A DNA stretch of 20,891 nucleotides from Methanotrichaceae archaeon (lineage in GTDB: Archaea > Halobacteriota > Methanosarcinia > Methanotrichales > Methanotrichaceae), in assembly GCA_963813075.1 (NCBI GenBank), contig CAWEXU010000026.1:1-20891 (forward strand). Direction: 5' to 3'. The notes beneath the pieces were generated by a model, which saw only the letters and a list, made by a program, of their open reading frames with translations, did not search any database and was not told the origin of the DNA. Positions 8,306 through 17,883 of this stretch are shown here, in pieces (position 1 is the stretch's first letter; every line of letters begins with the position of its first letter). Position numbers and translations under genes: made by a program.

Positions 8306-9685
8306 ATGCGCCCGGCAAGCTCGGAGAGATGGTTGGATAGATCGGTTCCAGCGGTGCTCGTCGCCGGCACCCATAGCGGAGTAGGCAAGACGACGATCAC
8401 CCTAGGTCTGATGGCCGCCCTGCGCGCTCGCGGTCTGGTGGTTCAGCCCTATAAGGTGGGCCCGGACTTCATCGATCCCTCCCACCATACTGCTATCTGT
8501 GGACGGCCTTCCTTCAATTTGGACCCCTTTATGATGGGCGAGGAGGGTGTCCGTCGCTCCTTTTTCTCGGCTATCGAGGGAGCAGATGTGGCGGTGGTGG
8601 AAGGGGTGATGGGTCTATTCGATGGCATGGATGGTACAGAGGTTGGCAGCACTGCCCAGGTGGCCAAGATACTGGATATACCCGTTCTCCTGGTGATCAA
8701 TGTGCACGGCATGTCGCGAAGTGCTGCCGCCATGGAGCTGGGATTTGCCAGCTACGATCCAGAGGTGCGGCTAGCGGGGACGATACTCAACCGAGTGGGA
8801 AGCAAGAGGCATCTGGATATGCTCAAAAGCTGCCTGGCAAAGCCCGTATTCGGAGCCCTGCCCAGGGATAAAGAGATGGAGATGAAAAGCCGCCACCTGG
8901 GGCTGGTTATGGGCTTTGAGAAGGATCATGATCCAGGACTCCTGGCGACCTTACTGGAGGAGAATGCCGATATCGACGGAATTCTCAAGCTTCCGGGCCA
9001 TGCCCGTCCACCCGCGATAGCCGCTTCTGTTGAACTGGCAGGGACAAAAGGAGATGGGGAAGGGGCGGTGCGAATAGGAGTGGCCAGGGATCGAGCCTTC
9101 TGCTTTTATTATCATGAGAACCTCTTGGAGCTGGAGAGGCATGGCGCGGATCTGGTCTATTTCAGCCCTCTGAAAGACCAGTTGCCCGATGTTGAGGGAC
9201 TCTATATTGGCGGGGGCTATCCAGAGCTTTATGCCTCTGAGCTGGAGAGGGCTCCTGCCAGGAAGCAGATCAAAAAGGCCTCCGAGGATGGCATGCCCAT
9301 CTATGGAGAGTGCGGGGGTCTGATGTATCTGGGAGCAGCCCTGGAGTCGGAGGCAGGCTCCTTTAAAATGGCAGGGGCCCTTCCCTGCACCACGTTCATG
9401 GAGAAGAGGCTCATGGCCCTTGGCTATGTGAAGGCGGAGGTATCGGAGAGAAATCCTCTGGCTGATGTGGGCAGGAGCCTTCGCGGTCATGAGTTTCACT
9501 ATTCGCGCTGCATTTGTGATAGGGATGCCCGTTATTGCCTGAAGCTTTCCCGGGGAAAAGGAATCGCTGATGGGCGGGACGGTCTGGTGGAGAACAACAC
9601 TATGGCTGGATATCTGCATACCCACTTTTATTCGATATCAGGTAATAAATTCGTCGAAAGCTGTCGTGCATACAGAAGGAGTTGA
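8306..9685 (+). CDS. cbiA: Cobyrinate a,c-diamide synthase
   Basis: P-loop GTHSGVGKTT, KVGPDFIDP, EGVMGLFDG, SRHLGL and the glutaminase motifs GGYPE, GECGG, GHEFHYS. EGVMGLFDG favours CbiA/CobB over CfbB. The start could be TTG 8333. Confidence 0.9.
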   Translation: MRPASSERWLDRSVPAVLVAGTHSGVGKTTITLGLMAALRARGLVVQPYKVGPDFIDPSHHTAICGRPSFNLDPFMMGEEGVRRSFFSAIEGADVAVVEGVMGLFDGMDGTEVGSTAQVAKILDIPVLLVINVHGMSRSAAAMELGFASYDPEVRLAGTILNRVGSKRHLDMLKSCLAKPVFGALPRDKEMEMKSRHLGLVMGFEKDHDPGLLATLLEENADIDGILKLPGHARPPAIAASVELAGTKGDGEGAVRIGVARDRAFCFYYHENLLELERHGADLVYFSPLKDQLPDVEGLYIGGGYPELYASELERAPARKQIKKASEDGMPIYGECGGLMYLGAALESEAGSFKMAGALPCTTFMEKRLMALGYVKAEVSERNPLADVGRSLRGHEFHYSRCICDRDARYCLKLSRGKGIADGRDGLVENNTMAGYLHTHFYSISGNKFVESCRAYRRS

Positions 9686-9778
9686 AGCTGGATATCCGCA
9701 ATATCTTTATAAGGGGAAAAGCTTGTTTTTTGCTGATCAATTAGCCTCTTATCCTGAGATATGCATATTTTTTGTCAC

Positions 9779-9792
9779 GGGAAAGTTTATAT
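9779..9792 (+). promoter_or_regulatory. BRE-TATA promoter
   Basis: GGGAAAGTTTATAT upstream of a GGAGTG RBS and ATG 9839. Confidence 0.6.
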
Positions 9793-9838
9793 TCAATAAA
9801 GATTTTCACGCGCATATAAGCAAAATGGAGTGTAAACT

Positions 9839-10066
9839 ATGAGCAAAATATCAAGCGGATTGGTACTCTTCTCCCTCTTGATGGCTCTGTCGATTGGAGC
9901 TGCCTTGAGCGAGGAAGTATTGGATGAGACCCTGAATGCCAGCGAGAACGAATCCACAAACATGACCAATGTAACCAATATGACCAACGTTACCAACATG
10001 ACAAACATAACCAATGTGACCATCGAAGCCGAAAACGTTACTGTTACTGAGTCCGCTGAGGAGTAA
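9839..10066 (+). CDS. Small secreted acidic protein with tandem N-glycosylation sequons
   Basis: Signal peptide, RBS GGAGTG, and a mature region with 10 N-x-S/T sequons. Confidence 0.85.
   Translation: MSKISSGLVLFSLLMALSIGAALSEEVLDETLNASENESTNMTNVTNMTNVTNMTNITNVTIEAENVTVTESAEE
9959..10021 (+). repeat. 7 x 9-bp degenerate coding tandem repeat (N-[M/V/I]-T)
   Basis: aacatgacc aatgtaacc aatatgacc aacgttacc aacatgaca aacataacc aatgtgacc. Confidence 0.9.
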
Positions 10067-10216
10067 ATCAAATCCCAGGTCAGGAGATGGTGGCTCAGCA
10101 AAATCGCCTAAACGAGCGGATTAGGGCCAATATTCTCTTGCCATTCATTTTTGCCCAATGGCCATAAGCAGCAATAAATTATATTGGCACTATGGATGGA
10201 TCGAAAGAAGCCATAA

Positions 10217-10229
10217 GAAAGGCTTATAT
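10217..10229 (+). promoter_or_regulatory. BRE-TATA promoter
   Basis: GAAAGGCTTATAT about 28 nt before ATG 10258, with a GAGGT RBS. Confidence 0.55.
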
Positions 10230-10257
10230 TTTTCTGCGAATACGTTTTGATAGAGGT

Positions 10258-11067
10258 ATGAATATGAAGTGTACAGGAATGTTGATTCTATCTATGATGG
10301 TAGCCTTCTCCGTTGGGCTGGTTTTTGCCCAGGACGTAGATATCGCTGCCCTCGCAGATATGAACATCACCAATCTCACTAATCTCACGAACGCCACCAA
10401 TGTCACAAATATGACAACCGTCACCAATGCAACTGCTGCAATAGAGACAATTAATGTCACAGAGGCCCCTGTAGAAGAGGTTCCAGTGGTTGAGATCCCA
10501 ATGAACGAGACCCCAATGAACGAGACACTCGCGGAAGAGGTCGCTGTCGTTGAGGAGACTGCATCAAGGTTCAAGCAGCTCTCCAATTATACCGCTGGCA
10601 CCTCCATGGTTCTGGGTAAAGCTCTTCCGGAAGGCTATTCTGATGTGGCCACATCCGCAGATCGGGCTGCTGTATTCAACCGCGATTCTGGAATTCCGGC
10701 TCCTTCGGTAAAGGTAACAATCACCAGAGTAGTTGATACTCCTGGGGACAAGTATGTCCAGGTGGCCAATGAGGCCGTTGGCGAGTGGGATATGACCGGT
10801 TGGACGCTGGAGTCTGCGGGAGTTGCCACATTCGTCTTCCCTCAACTGGTCCTGGAGGATGGCACATCGATCAAGGTTCATGAGGGAATGGGCGCCGGAA
10901 CTGCCACCGATATCTATACCAACAGCACTGAGCCCCTCTGGATCGACAATATCGTTACCTTAAAGGATGCTGCGGGAAATACCTTAACCAGCTATGATGT
11001 CACCACAGCTGCAGCAGAGGTAGCAACTGAATATGTCGATCCCTGGAAGGATAGGATTCAGTACTAG
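10258..11067 (+). CDS. Secreted glycoprotein with N-x-T repeats and a C-terminal lamin-tail-like (LTD) domain
   Basis: Signal peptide, NITNLTNLTNATNVTNMT repeats, acidic linker, then YVQVAN...DMTGWTL...FVFP...L..G..IKVH.G.G...W....VTLKDAAG, the lamin tail domain pattern. Start re-called at ATG 10258 or 10264. Confidence 0.82.
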   Translation: MNMKCTGMLILSMMVAFSVGLVFAQDVDIAALADMNITNLTNLTNATNVTNMTTVTNATAAIETINVTEAPVEEVPVVEIPMNETPMNETLAEEVAVVEETASRFKQLSNYTAGTSMVLGKALPEGYSDVATSADRAAVFNRDSGIPAPSVKVTITRVVDTPGDKYVQVANEAVGEWDMTGWTLESAGVATFVFPQLVLEDGTSIKVHEGMGAGTATDIYTNSTEPLWIDNIVTLKDAAGNTLTSYDVTTAAAEVATEYVDPWKDRIQY

Positions 11068-11074
11068 AGCTTGA

Positions 11075-11107
11075 TGCGGCCATTGCGGCCGCAGATTTTT
11101 CTTTTTT
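11075..11107 (+). terminator. Hairpin plus T-tract terminator
   Basis: TGCGGCC-ATTGC-GGCCGCA followed by GATTTTTCTTTTTT directly after the stop at 11067. Confidence 0.7.
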
Positions 11108-11267
11108 GGCTCCTCGCTATTTAGCATGAGTGGACTTGAATCGGAAATTCTCTGTATCTTTTGTACCTCTGTGGTGAAACGCTATGCTCGGACCCAACCA
11201 CAGAGACACAGAGGAACAGAGGCCATTTTTTTTGCCTGAACTCACCCACATAATTCAGCTAAGAGCC
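11108..11267. repeat. Nested palindromic element (REP/MITE-like)
   Basis: Inner imperfect inverted repeat CTCTGTATCTTTTGTACCTCTGTGGT (11150-11175) against ACCACAGAGACACAGAGGAACAGAG (11197-11221). Outer ends GGCTCCTCGCT and AGCTAAGAGCC. Confidence 0.6.
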
Positions 11268-11354
11268 ATAATATTGCAGTGATTCTGTCATCTTTGCTAT
11301 TGTGCCCTCAGATCTCCTCAACCGAAATGCTGATCATGTTCAGGATTAAATGTT

Positions 11355-11555
11355 GTGATCAGACAGGAGGAGGTTTGGCAAGCGGCAAGGATTTCAGCTA
11401 AATGCAGGAACGAGAAGTGCGGGCGAGAGTTTGTCCCCGAGACGGATGGAGATGATGGTGAGGCCTTCAAGTCCCCAGGCCAGATGGTGATCATCGTGAG
11501 ATGCCCGTATTGCGGCTGTGCCAACCGAATAGTAATACCCCATTCAGAGGGATGA
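11355..11555 (+). CDS. Small Zn-ribbon protein
   Basis: C-x4-C-G...CPYCG motif in 66 aa. The stop is 1 nt before the next ATG. Confidence 0.7.
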   Translation: MIRQEEVWQAARISAKCRNEKCGREFVPETDGDDGEAFKSPGQMVIIVRCPYCGCANRIVIPHSEG

Positions 11556-11556
11556 T

Positions 11557-12132
11557 ATGCCAATTGTTGGGGAGGAGCCCTATGAGGAGGACATAGAGTG
11601 GCTGAAGTACGGCCGACAGATGATTCAGGAGTCGCCCAATGTCCTGGATGAAGCGGCCAAATCCTTTATGACCCTGGGCTCATCTCTCCTCACGGTCTAT
11701 ACTGGGGCCCTGGCCCTATTCAAGCTCAATGAGAGGGCGTCGGATCTGTTCGACTGGACCGTGATCTGCATTCCCATCATCCTCTGGCTTCTGTGCATAA
11801 GCTCTCTTGCCTGGGTCTATTTCCCTAACCGCCTGCGGTTCAATGCCCGGAGCCCAAGCGATATCGCGAATGTCACAATGGATGTCAGCAGAAAGAAGAG
11901 CCTCCGGCTGAAGATCGGCTCGATCCTTTTCGTTATGGCTCTCGCTGCAACATCGATCTCCATCCTCTGGCTGGGCGCTGGGCCGGCAGAAGATGTTGAG
12001 GCGGAAGAGCAGACTATTCATTTGCTGATCATAGAAAATGAAGACATTACGTTGAAAAATCGTAACTATTCAGCCCCCCCATTCGAACCTCTATTTTCCC
12101 TCCGATACTTCATGAATCATAATGCCCGATAA
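11557..12132 (+). CDS. Hypothetical membrane protein (about 3 TM); C-terminus replaced by IS66 sequence after 12061
   Basis: Three hydrophobic helices. The last ~23 codons read into the IS left end (RNYSAPP = GTAACTATTCAGCCC). Confidence 0.75.
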   Translation: MPIVGEEPYEEDIEWLKYGRQMIQESPNVLDEAAKSFMTLGSSLLTVYTGALALFKLNERASDLFDWTVICIPIILWLLCISSLAWVYFPNRLRFNARSPSDIANVTMDVSRKKSLRLKIGSILFVMALAATSISILWLGAGPAEDVEAEEQTIHLLIIENEDITLKNRNYSAPPFEPLFSLRYFMNHNAR

Positions 12133-12557
12133 TCGACCCAAAATTTAAATATGCTTGAAAATCCTCCCCCAATTGACTTCAATTCAGAAGGGCAGATCAA
12201 AAAACGTGGAAAAAAGAAAAAGACGAAGGCCCAAAATCTGTTAGAGAGATTGCAGAAGTATCGGAGAGAAGCTTTAGCTTTCATGTATGACTTTGTAGTC
12301 CCATTTGACAATAATTTAGCGGAAAGGGACCTGAGGATGGTGAAAGTCCAGCAGAAAATCTCAGGCAACTTTAGAAGCTGGGAGGGGGCGGAAGATTTTT
12401 TGCCGCATTAGAGGATATATCTCTACGGTTAAAAAGAACTCCTGTTCAGTTATCGACGCTATTCAAGGAGCCTTTGAAGGGAAGCCATTCAATCCTCAGA
12501 AAACTTTGATCGCGGTCTGAATTCTTGATGATTCCGCGAGTAGGGCTGAATAGTTAC
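12062..12557 (+). mobile_element. Internally deleted IS66-family element (ISBst12-like), non-autonomous
   Basis: Perfect 15-bp TIRs GTAACTATTCAGCCC (12062-12076) and GGGCTGAATAGTTAC (12543-12557), with the GTAA ends typical of IS66. AT-richer than its flanks. Confidence 0.9.
12151..12520 (+). pseudogene. IS66 transposase C-terminal fragment (frameshifted)
   Basis: NLLERL...VPFDNNLAERDLRMVKVQQKISGNFRS. After an extra T at 12396-12401 it continues as FCRIRGYISTVKKN...AFEGKPF*. Confidence 0.9.
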
Positions 12558-12878
12558 TCCGATTTTATGGAGCAAAAGGCAGGAAGCGGTGGAGGAACTG
12601 GTTGTATGATGTATAGGCAATGCAGCCCATCCAGAGGCAATCCCATTTGAATTTATGAAATTGCTGCTGAAATGAATAAAATACAGCTTCCGAAACGCGG
12701 CCAGGCGGCCGCGCTTCTGAAACTGCTCCTCCCTCCTGTGATGTAGTTTTTTGGTTTTTTTATAATCGTTTATCTCGAGGCCATAGATCATGGCACTGCG
12801 TCCGAGCACGAGGCACTCGCGCCCGTCCGCAACATGCTACAACCTGCCATGATATAAAGCTTACTTCTGCTCTTGCCC

Positions 12879-13874
12879 CTACTTCTTCTCTAACCAGGGC
12901 ATCATGGCCCGCAGCTGGGCACCAACCTCTTCGATGGGGTGCTCGGACTCCATCTTCTCCAGGGACTTTTTCACAGGAAGGCCGGCCTGGCTCTCCAGGA
13001 TCCACTCTCGGGCGAACTCGCCGGACTGGATCTCCGCCAGGATGTCCAGCATCTCCTCACGGGACTGCTCATTGATGATCCTGTGGCCCCGGGTCATGCC
13101 CCCATATTCAGCGGTGTTGGAGACATTGTTCCACATACGCATGAATCCACCCTCGTAGATCAGATCCACAATCAGCTTCAGCTCGTGACAGGCCTCGAAA
13201 TAAGCGATCTCAGGCTGGTATCCCGCATCCACCAGGGTCTCGAAGGCCGCCTTGATCATCTCCGTCACCCCGCCGCACAGGTCCACCTGCTCTCCGAAGA
13301 GATCGGTCTCCGTCTCCTCAGTGAATGTGGTCTCGATGACCCCAGCCCGGGTGCCGCCGATGCCCTTGGCATAGGCCAGGGCCTTTTTCAATGCCTCTTT
13401 TGAATGGTCCTGCTCCACTGCCACCAGGCACGGAACACCCTTGCCCTCCTGGTAGGTCCTGCGCACCAGGTCGCCGGGACCCTTGGGCGCTACCATGACC
13501 ACATCGACGTTCTCAGGCGGAACGATCTGGAAGTAGCGGATGTTAAAGCCGTGGCTGAATCCAAGGACGTTTCCCTCCTCAAGGTTTGGAGCGATCTCGT
13601 CCCGGTAGATCTTGCCCTGATACTCATCCGGCAGGAGGATCTGAATGTAGTCAGCCGCTCGTGCCGCATCGGCAACGCTCATGGCCTTCACTCCGTCCGC
13701 CTCCGCCCTCTTCCAGGCCCGGGATCCGGGAATATCGGCCGCTATTACGTTGAGTCCGGAGTCCTTAAGGTTCTCTCCCTGGGCGTGCCCCTGATTTCCC
13801 CATCCCACTATGGCGATGGTCTTGTCCGACAATGCCTTCAAGTCTGCATCCTGATCATGATATATTTTTACCAA
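12879..13874 (-). CDS. ilvC: Ketol-acid reductoisomerase
   Basis: [48 protein letters not shown] start with a GGAGG RBS. Confidence 0.97.
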   Translation of the reverse strand: MVKIYHDQDADLKALSDKTIAIVGWGNQGHAQGENLKDSGLNVIAADIPGSRAWKRAEADGVKAMSVADAARAADYIQILLPDEYQGKIYRDEIAPNLEEGNVLGFSHGFNIRYFQIVPPENVDVVMVAPKGPGDLVRRTYQEGKGVPCLVAVEQDHSKEALKKALAYAKGIGGTRAGVIETTFTEETETDLFGEQVDLCGGVTEMIKAAFETLVDAGYQPEIAYFEACHELKLIVDLIYEGGFMRMWNNVSNTAEYGGMTRGHRIINEQSREEMLDILAEIQSGEFAREWILESQAGLPVKKSLEKMESEHPIEEVGAQLRAMMPWLEKK

Positions 13875-13898
13875 ATTTTATTCCTCCTAAATTAAAAA

Positions 13899-14390
13899 TT
13901 AAACCTTGATAACCCTCGTTCCTCTCACCATCGAGACCTTTCCGGTGCGGGCCAGCTCCTTAATGCCGAACTGGCGCAGAAGCTGAATTATGGCCTCGAC
14001 CTTCTCCTCGTCTCCCGTGACCTCGATGATCATCGACCTCTGGGAGACATCGATGATCTTGGCCCGGAAGATGTTCACGATCTGCATGACCTCGCTTCTG
14101 CTCTCCCGGTCCACGCTCACCTTGATGATGGCCAGCTCCCTCTCCAGGGATTCGACCGGGTCCAGCTCGCTCACCCGGATGACATTGATCAGCTTGGACA
14201 GCTGCTTTATCACCTGCTCGAGGACATCCCTGTCACCCTGAACGGAGATGGTCATGCGGGAGTAATCTGGATTGTCGGTGGCCCCAACCGAAAGGCTATC
14301 GATATTGAAAGACCGGCGGCTGAAGAGGCCGGCGATGCGGGTGAGAACTCCGGACTTGTTCTCCACAATGACGGCTATGATATGCTTCAT
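13899..14390 (-). CDS. ilvN: Acetolactate synthase small (regulatory) subunit
   Basis: ACT domain VENKSGVLTRIAGLFSRRSFNIDSLSVG, EQVIKQLSKL, ELARTG. Confidence 0.96.
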   Translation of the reverse strand: MKHIIAVIVENKSGVLTRIAGLFSRRSFNIDSLSVGATDNPDYSRMTISVQGDRDVLEQVIKQLSKLINVIRVSELDPVESLERELAIIKVSVDRESRSEVMQIVNIFRAKIIDVSQRSMIIEVTGDEEKVEAIIQLLRQFGIKELARTGKVSMVRGTRVIKV

Positions 14391-16190
14391 CTAGTAGCCC
14401 TCCTCGCCCAGAACCTCTTTTCTCTCCGCGGCATAAATCCTCTCCAGGTGACCGCACTGAGCCTCATCGCACCACTCCAACTCCAGTATCTCGCTCAAAG
14501 TAGCTCCCGCCGGGACCATGGGTGAGACCTTCTCTGCCGGATTGACGATGAAATCCATCACGCAGGGCCGATCTGTTGCCAGAGCGCTGCGAATCACATC
14601 TTCGACCTCAGAGGGCTTTGTGGCCCTCAAACCCACCGCTCCATAGGCCTCGGCAAGCTTCACGAAATCCGGACTGGTCCGACCGAGAATGGTGGCCGAG
14701 TACCTCTTATCAAAGAACAGCTCCTGCCACTGCCGCACCATACCCAGACAGCCGTTGTTCAGCACCGCCACTTTAACCGGGATGTCGTTGACCACAGCCG
14801 TCGCCAGCTCCTGGCTGTTCATCAGGAAGCTGCCGTCTCCAGCAACATCGATGACTGTGCACTCCGGCCGGCCCATCTTGGCACCAATGGCAGCCGGGAA
14901 CCCATACCCCATCGTACCCAGGCCGCCGGAGGATATGAACTTCTGCGGATCCTTATGCACAAAGAATTGCGCTGCCCACATCTGGTTCTGTCCAACCTCC
15001 GTGGTGATGATGGCATCGGGGGCCAGCTCGCAGAGCTTCTCGACCACATACTGGGGCTTGATCAGGTTCATGTCCGGAATATAGCGCATGGGATGATCCT
15101 TCTTCCAGCCATCGATCTTATCCAGCCAGGGGCCTTTTGGCTTGGGCGAGACCTCTTTGATCAGACCCTGCAGGGCACTGCACGCATCCCCCACCACCGG
15201 TATGTCCACCCGCACGTTCTTACCCACCTCAGCCGGATCGATATCGATATGAACGATCCTGGCGTGCGGTGCGAAGCTGGAGATCTTGCCTGTCACCCTA
15301 TCATCAAACCGGGCTCCTATGGCTATTATCAGATCAGACTCCTGGATGGCATAGTTGGCATACTTTGTGCCGTGCATTCCCAGCATCCCCAAAGAGAGGG
15401 GATGGTCCTCGGGGAAGCAGCCCACGCCCATGAGGGTTGTGGTCACAGGGGCATTGACCTTTTTCGCCAGCTCAAAAAGCTCCATATGAGCAGAGGCGTA
15501 CCTCACACCGCCACCGGCATAGATGACAGGTCTGTTCGCCTCCATCAAAGCCTTCGCTGCCTTTTTTATCTGCATCTCATGGGGTTTAAATGAGGGATGA
15601 TACCCCGGCAGATTCACATCCGGCCAGGTGAAGACCAGCTCATCCACAGTCACATCCCTTGGGAGATCGATCAGAACTGGACCAGGCCGCCCGGTGCTGG
15701 CGATGTAGAAGGCCTCCCTGAATACCCCCGGAATCTCATTTGCATTGCGGATCAGATAATTGTGCTTGGTAATGGGCAGAGTAATGCCGGTGATATCCGC
15801 CTCCTGGAAGGCGTCCTTTCCTATCAGCCAGGTATTCACCTGACCGGTGATGGCCACCATGGGCACCGAGTCCATATAGGCGTTGGCGATGCCGGTGACC
15901 AGGTTCGTGGCCCCCGGCCCAGAGGTAGCAATGCATACTCCCACCTTGCCTGTAGCCCTGGCATAGCCGTCCGCCATATGGGCTGCGCCCTGCTCATGGC
16001 GCACCAGAATGTGGCGGATGTCTGACTTGTATATGGCATCATATAGAGGTAAGAGTACCCCACCAGGAAGCCCGAATACTACATCCACTCCTTCTCTTTT
16101 CAGGCTTTCCAGCACCGCCTGGGCGCCGGTCATCTTCTGGGGCGTATCTCGATTTTTATCTGAGCCCGTCCGGGCTATGCCTTTCGACAT
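14391..16190 (-). CDS. ilvB: Acetolactate synthase large subunit, biosynthetic
   Basis: [38 protein letters not shown] and the TPP motif GDGSF...LNN. Confidence 0.97.
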   Translation of the reverse strand: MSKGIARTGSDKNRDTPQKMTGAQAVLESLKREGVDVVFGLPGGVLLPLYDAIYKSDIRHILVRHEQGAAHMADGYARATGKVGVCIATSGPGATNLVTGIANAYMDSVPMVAITGQVNTWLIGKDAFQEADITGITLPITKHNYLIRNANEIPGVFREAFYIASTGRPGPVLIDLPRDVTVDELVFTWPDVNLPGYHPSFKPHEMQIKKAAKALMEANRPVIYAGGGVRYASAHMELFELAKKVNAPVTTTLMGVGCFPEDHPLSLGMLGMHGTKYANYAIQESDLIIAIGARFDDRVTGKISSFAPHARIVHIDIDPAEVGKNVRVDIPVVGDACSALQGLIKEVSPKPKGPWLDKIDGWKKDHPMRYIPDMNLIKPQYVVEKLCELAPDAIITTEVGQNQMWAAQFFVHKDPQKFISSGGLGTMGYGFPAAIGAKMGRPECTVIDVAGDGSFLMNSQELATAVVNDIPVKVAVLNNGCLGMVRQWQELFFDKRYSATILGRTSPDFVKLAEAYGAVGLRATKPSEVEDVIRSALATDRPCVMDFIVNPAEKVSPMVPAGATLSEILELEWCDEAQCGHLERIYAAERKEVLGEEGY

Positions 16191-17698
16191 TTAGCTATCT
16201 CCTCCTCTTCCAGCCGCATCAGACGGTTGATGCCATTGAGCACCGCTTCCACTGATGCCATGATAATATCTGCGCCAGCTCCTCGAGCTGTAATCTTCCG
16301 ATCTGCCATTGCCATTGTCACCCACACTTCCACCAGGGCATTGGTCCCGCCAGTTACAGCATCCACATGATACTCATCGAGGCGAACATCAGCCACACCT
16401 GATATGGCCCTCCTTATGGCATTGATGGCCGCATCCACTGGCCCTACACCCACCCCCGCTTCCAGCCTCTCAATTCCGGCGAGAAGGATCTTGACCGAAG
16501 CTGTGGGGGTTACGGTATTGCCGGCGACCACCGTCAGCTCTTCCAGCTTCACTTTCGGCTCCATCTGAATGGAGAGCACGGTATCCGCTATGCTCTGTAA
16601 ATCCACGTCCGAGACGCGTTTGCCCTTGTCGCCCAGCTCTTTTACCCTTGCCACTATCTCGGTTAGTTGCTGGGGCGTGACAGGCAGGCCGAACTCGCGC
16701 ATGGCCAGCTCAACTGAGGCCCGACCGGCATGCTTGCCCAGAACTATCCGCCTCTTTCTGCCCACGGTCTCCGGATGCATGGGCTCATAGGTCTTGGTGT
16801 CGGCTAAAAGACCGTGCACATGGATTCCAGCCTCGTGGGTAAAGGCGTTCTCGCCCACTATAGCCTTATTTGGGGCCACCAGAAGGCCGGTCATTTGCGA
16901 GACCATCCTTGAGAGCTGGTAGATGTCCTTGCATCTGATCCCAGTATCGATCTGATAGAGGGACTCCAGGGCCATCACCACCTCCTCCAGGCTCGCGTTT
17001 CCCGCCCGTTCTCCAATTCCATTTACGGTCACATGTGCCTGAGAGGCTCCGGCGCGAAGCGCAGCAACTGTATTGGCGGTGGCCATGCCAAAGTCGTTAT
17101 GGCAGTGTATGCTGATGGGCGCCTCCAGCCGGGAGAGACGGGAGAATATGTCTGCGGTCACCTCCGGAACCAGCACGCCCACAGTATCGCAAAAGGCCAG
17201 CCTGTCCGCGCCCGCTTCGATTCCGGCCGTGTAAAGGCCGACCAGAAAATCCTGGTCCGCGCGACTGGCATCCTCGCCGCTCAGCTCCACTATCAAGCCG
17301 TGATCTTTGGCATACTCCGTCACATCCACGGCCATGCGCACCACAGACTCCCGGTCGGCCTTCAGCTTGATCTGGATGTGAAGGTCAGACACCGGAACGA
17401 CCAGATGGACTGAGTCCACATCACAGGCAAGAGCGGTATCGATGTCCGCGGTTAAAGCCCTAACATAGCTGCATATCTCGGCCTTGAAGCCTGAATCTGC
17501 AATCTTCTTTATTGCCAGGCGTTCTCCTTCGGAGGTCATTGCCGACCCGGCTTCAATGACATCCACCCCCAGAGAATCAAGCCCTTGAGCGATGATGAGC
17601 TTCTCGTCCATGCCCAAGGATACGCCTGGAGTCTGTTCACCATCACGTAAGGTAGTATCTAGAAATCGTATTCTACCCGATAAATCGATCCCACACAT
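16175..17698 (-). CDS. cimA: (R)-citramalate synthase (LeuA/CimA family)
   Basis: [25 protein letters not shown] and the LeuA regulatory domain. IEAGSA-TSEGE and [12 protein letters not shown] match archaeal CimA, and it heads the ilv operon. LeuA is not fully excluded. Confidence 0.82.
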   Translation of the reverse strand: MCGIDLSGRIRFLDTTLRDGEQTPGVSLGMDEKLIIAQGLDSLGVDVIEAGSAMTSEGERLAIKKIADSGFKAEICSYVRALTADIDTALACDVDSVHLVVPVSDLHIQIKLKADRESVVRMAVDVTEYAKDHGLIVELSGEDASRADQDFLVGLYTAGIEAGADRLAFCDTVGVLVPEVTADIFSRLSRLEAPISIHCHNDFGMATANTVAALRAGASQAHVTVNGIGERAGNASLEEVVMALESLYQIDTGIRCKDIYQLSRMVSQMTGLLVAPNKAIVGENAFTHEAGIHVHGLLADTKTYEPMHPETVGRKRRIVLGKHAGRASVELAMREFGLPVTPQQLTEIVARVKELGDKGKRVSDVDLQSIADTVLSIQMEPKVKLEELTVVAGNTVTPTASVKILLAGIERLEAGVGVGPVDAAINAIRRAISGVADVRLDEYHVDAVTGGTNALVEVWVTMAMADRKITARGAGADIIMASVEAVLNGINRLMRLEEEEIAKCRKA

Positions 17699-17825
17699 TC
17701 ATGCTCAATCACCCAACGGCGCACAAGCCGTCTCCGGCCTTTAGATCTTTAATGATTGATAAAGCTATCGAGGGACCAAGATGCATAATATCAGATGTAT
17801 CGCCTTCGTCGAATGACGTCTGAGG

Positions 17826-17838
17826 GGAAACTTTAAAA
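17826..17838 (+). promoter_or_regulatory. BRE-TATA promoter for the secreted-protein cluster
   Basis: GGAAACTTTAAAA upstream of a GGAGG RBS and ATG 17884. Confidence 0.55.
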
Positions 17839-17883
17839 CGTTGAAACCCGAAGCATGCTGAGAATGGCGGAGGATAGGAAAAA

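Noticed and set aside
8255..8374. N-terminal extension of DUF166 overlapping cbiA head-to-head
   Set aside because: Family-like sequence begins at ATG 8254; the extension covers the divergent promoter region.
8306..9685. CfbB (coenzyme F430 biosynthesis) assignment
   Set aside because: No cfb neighbours, and the motifs (AGTHSG, EGVMGLFDG) fit CbiA better. A phylogeny would settle it.
9959..10021. Tandem repeats as a CRISPR array
   Set aside because: These are 9-bp in-frame coding repeats with no spacers. No CRISPR array or cas gene was seen in the window.
12489..13005. ORFs 12489-12809 and 12760-13005 on the minus strand
   Set aside because: They overlap the IS end or ilvC, have low-complexity composition and show no protein-like features.
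12904..17413. Numerous plus-strand ORFs opposite ilvC/ilvN/ilvB/cimA (and similar shadows elsewhere)
   Set aside because: Antisense shadow ORFs expected from GC-rich codon usage of well-supported genes.
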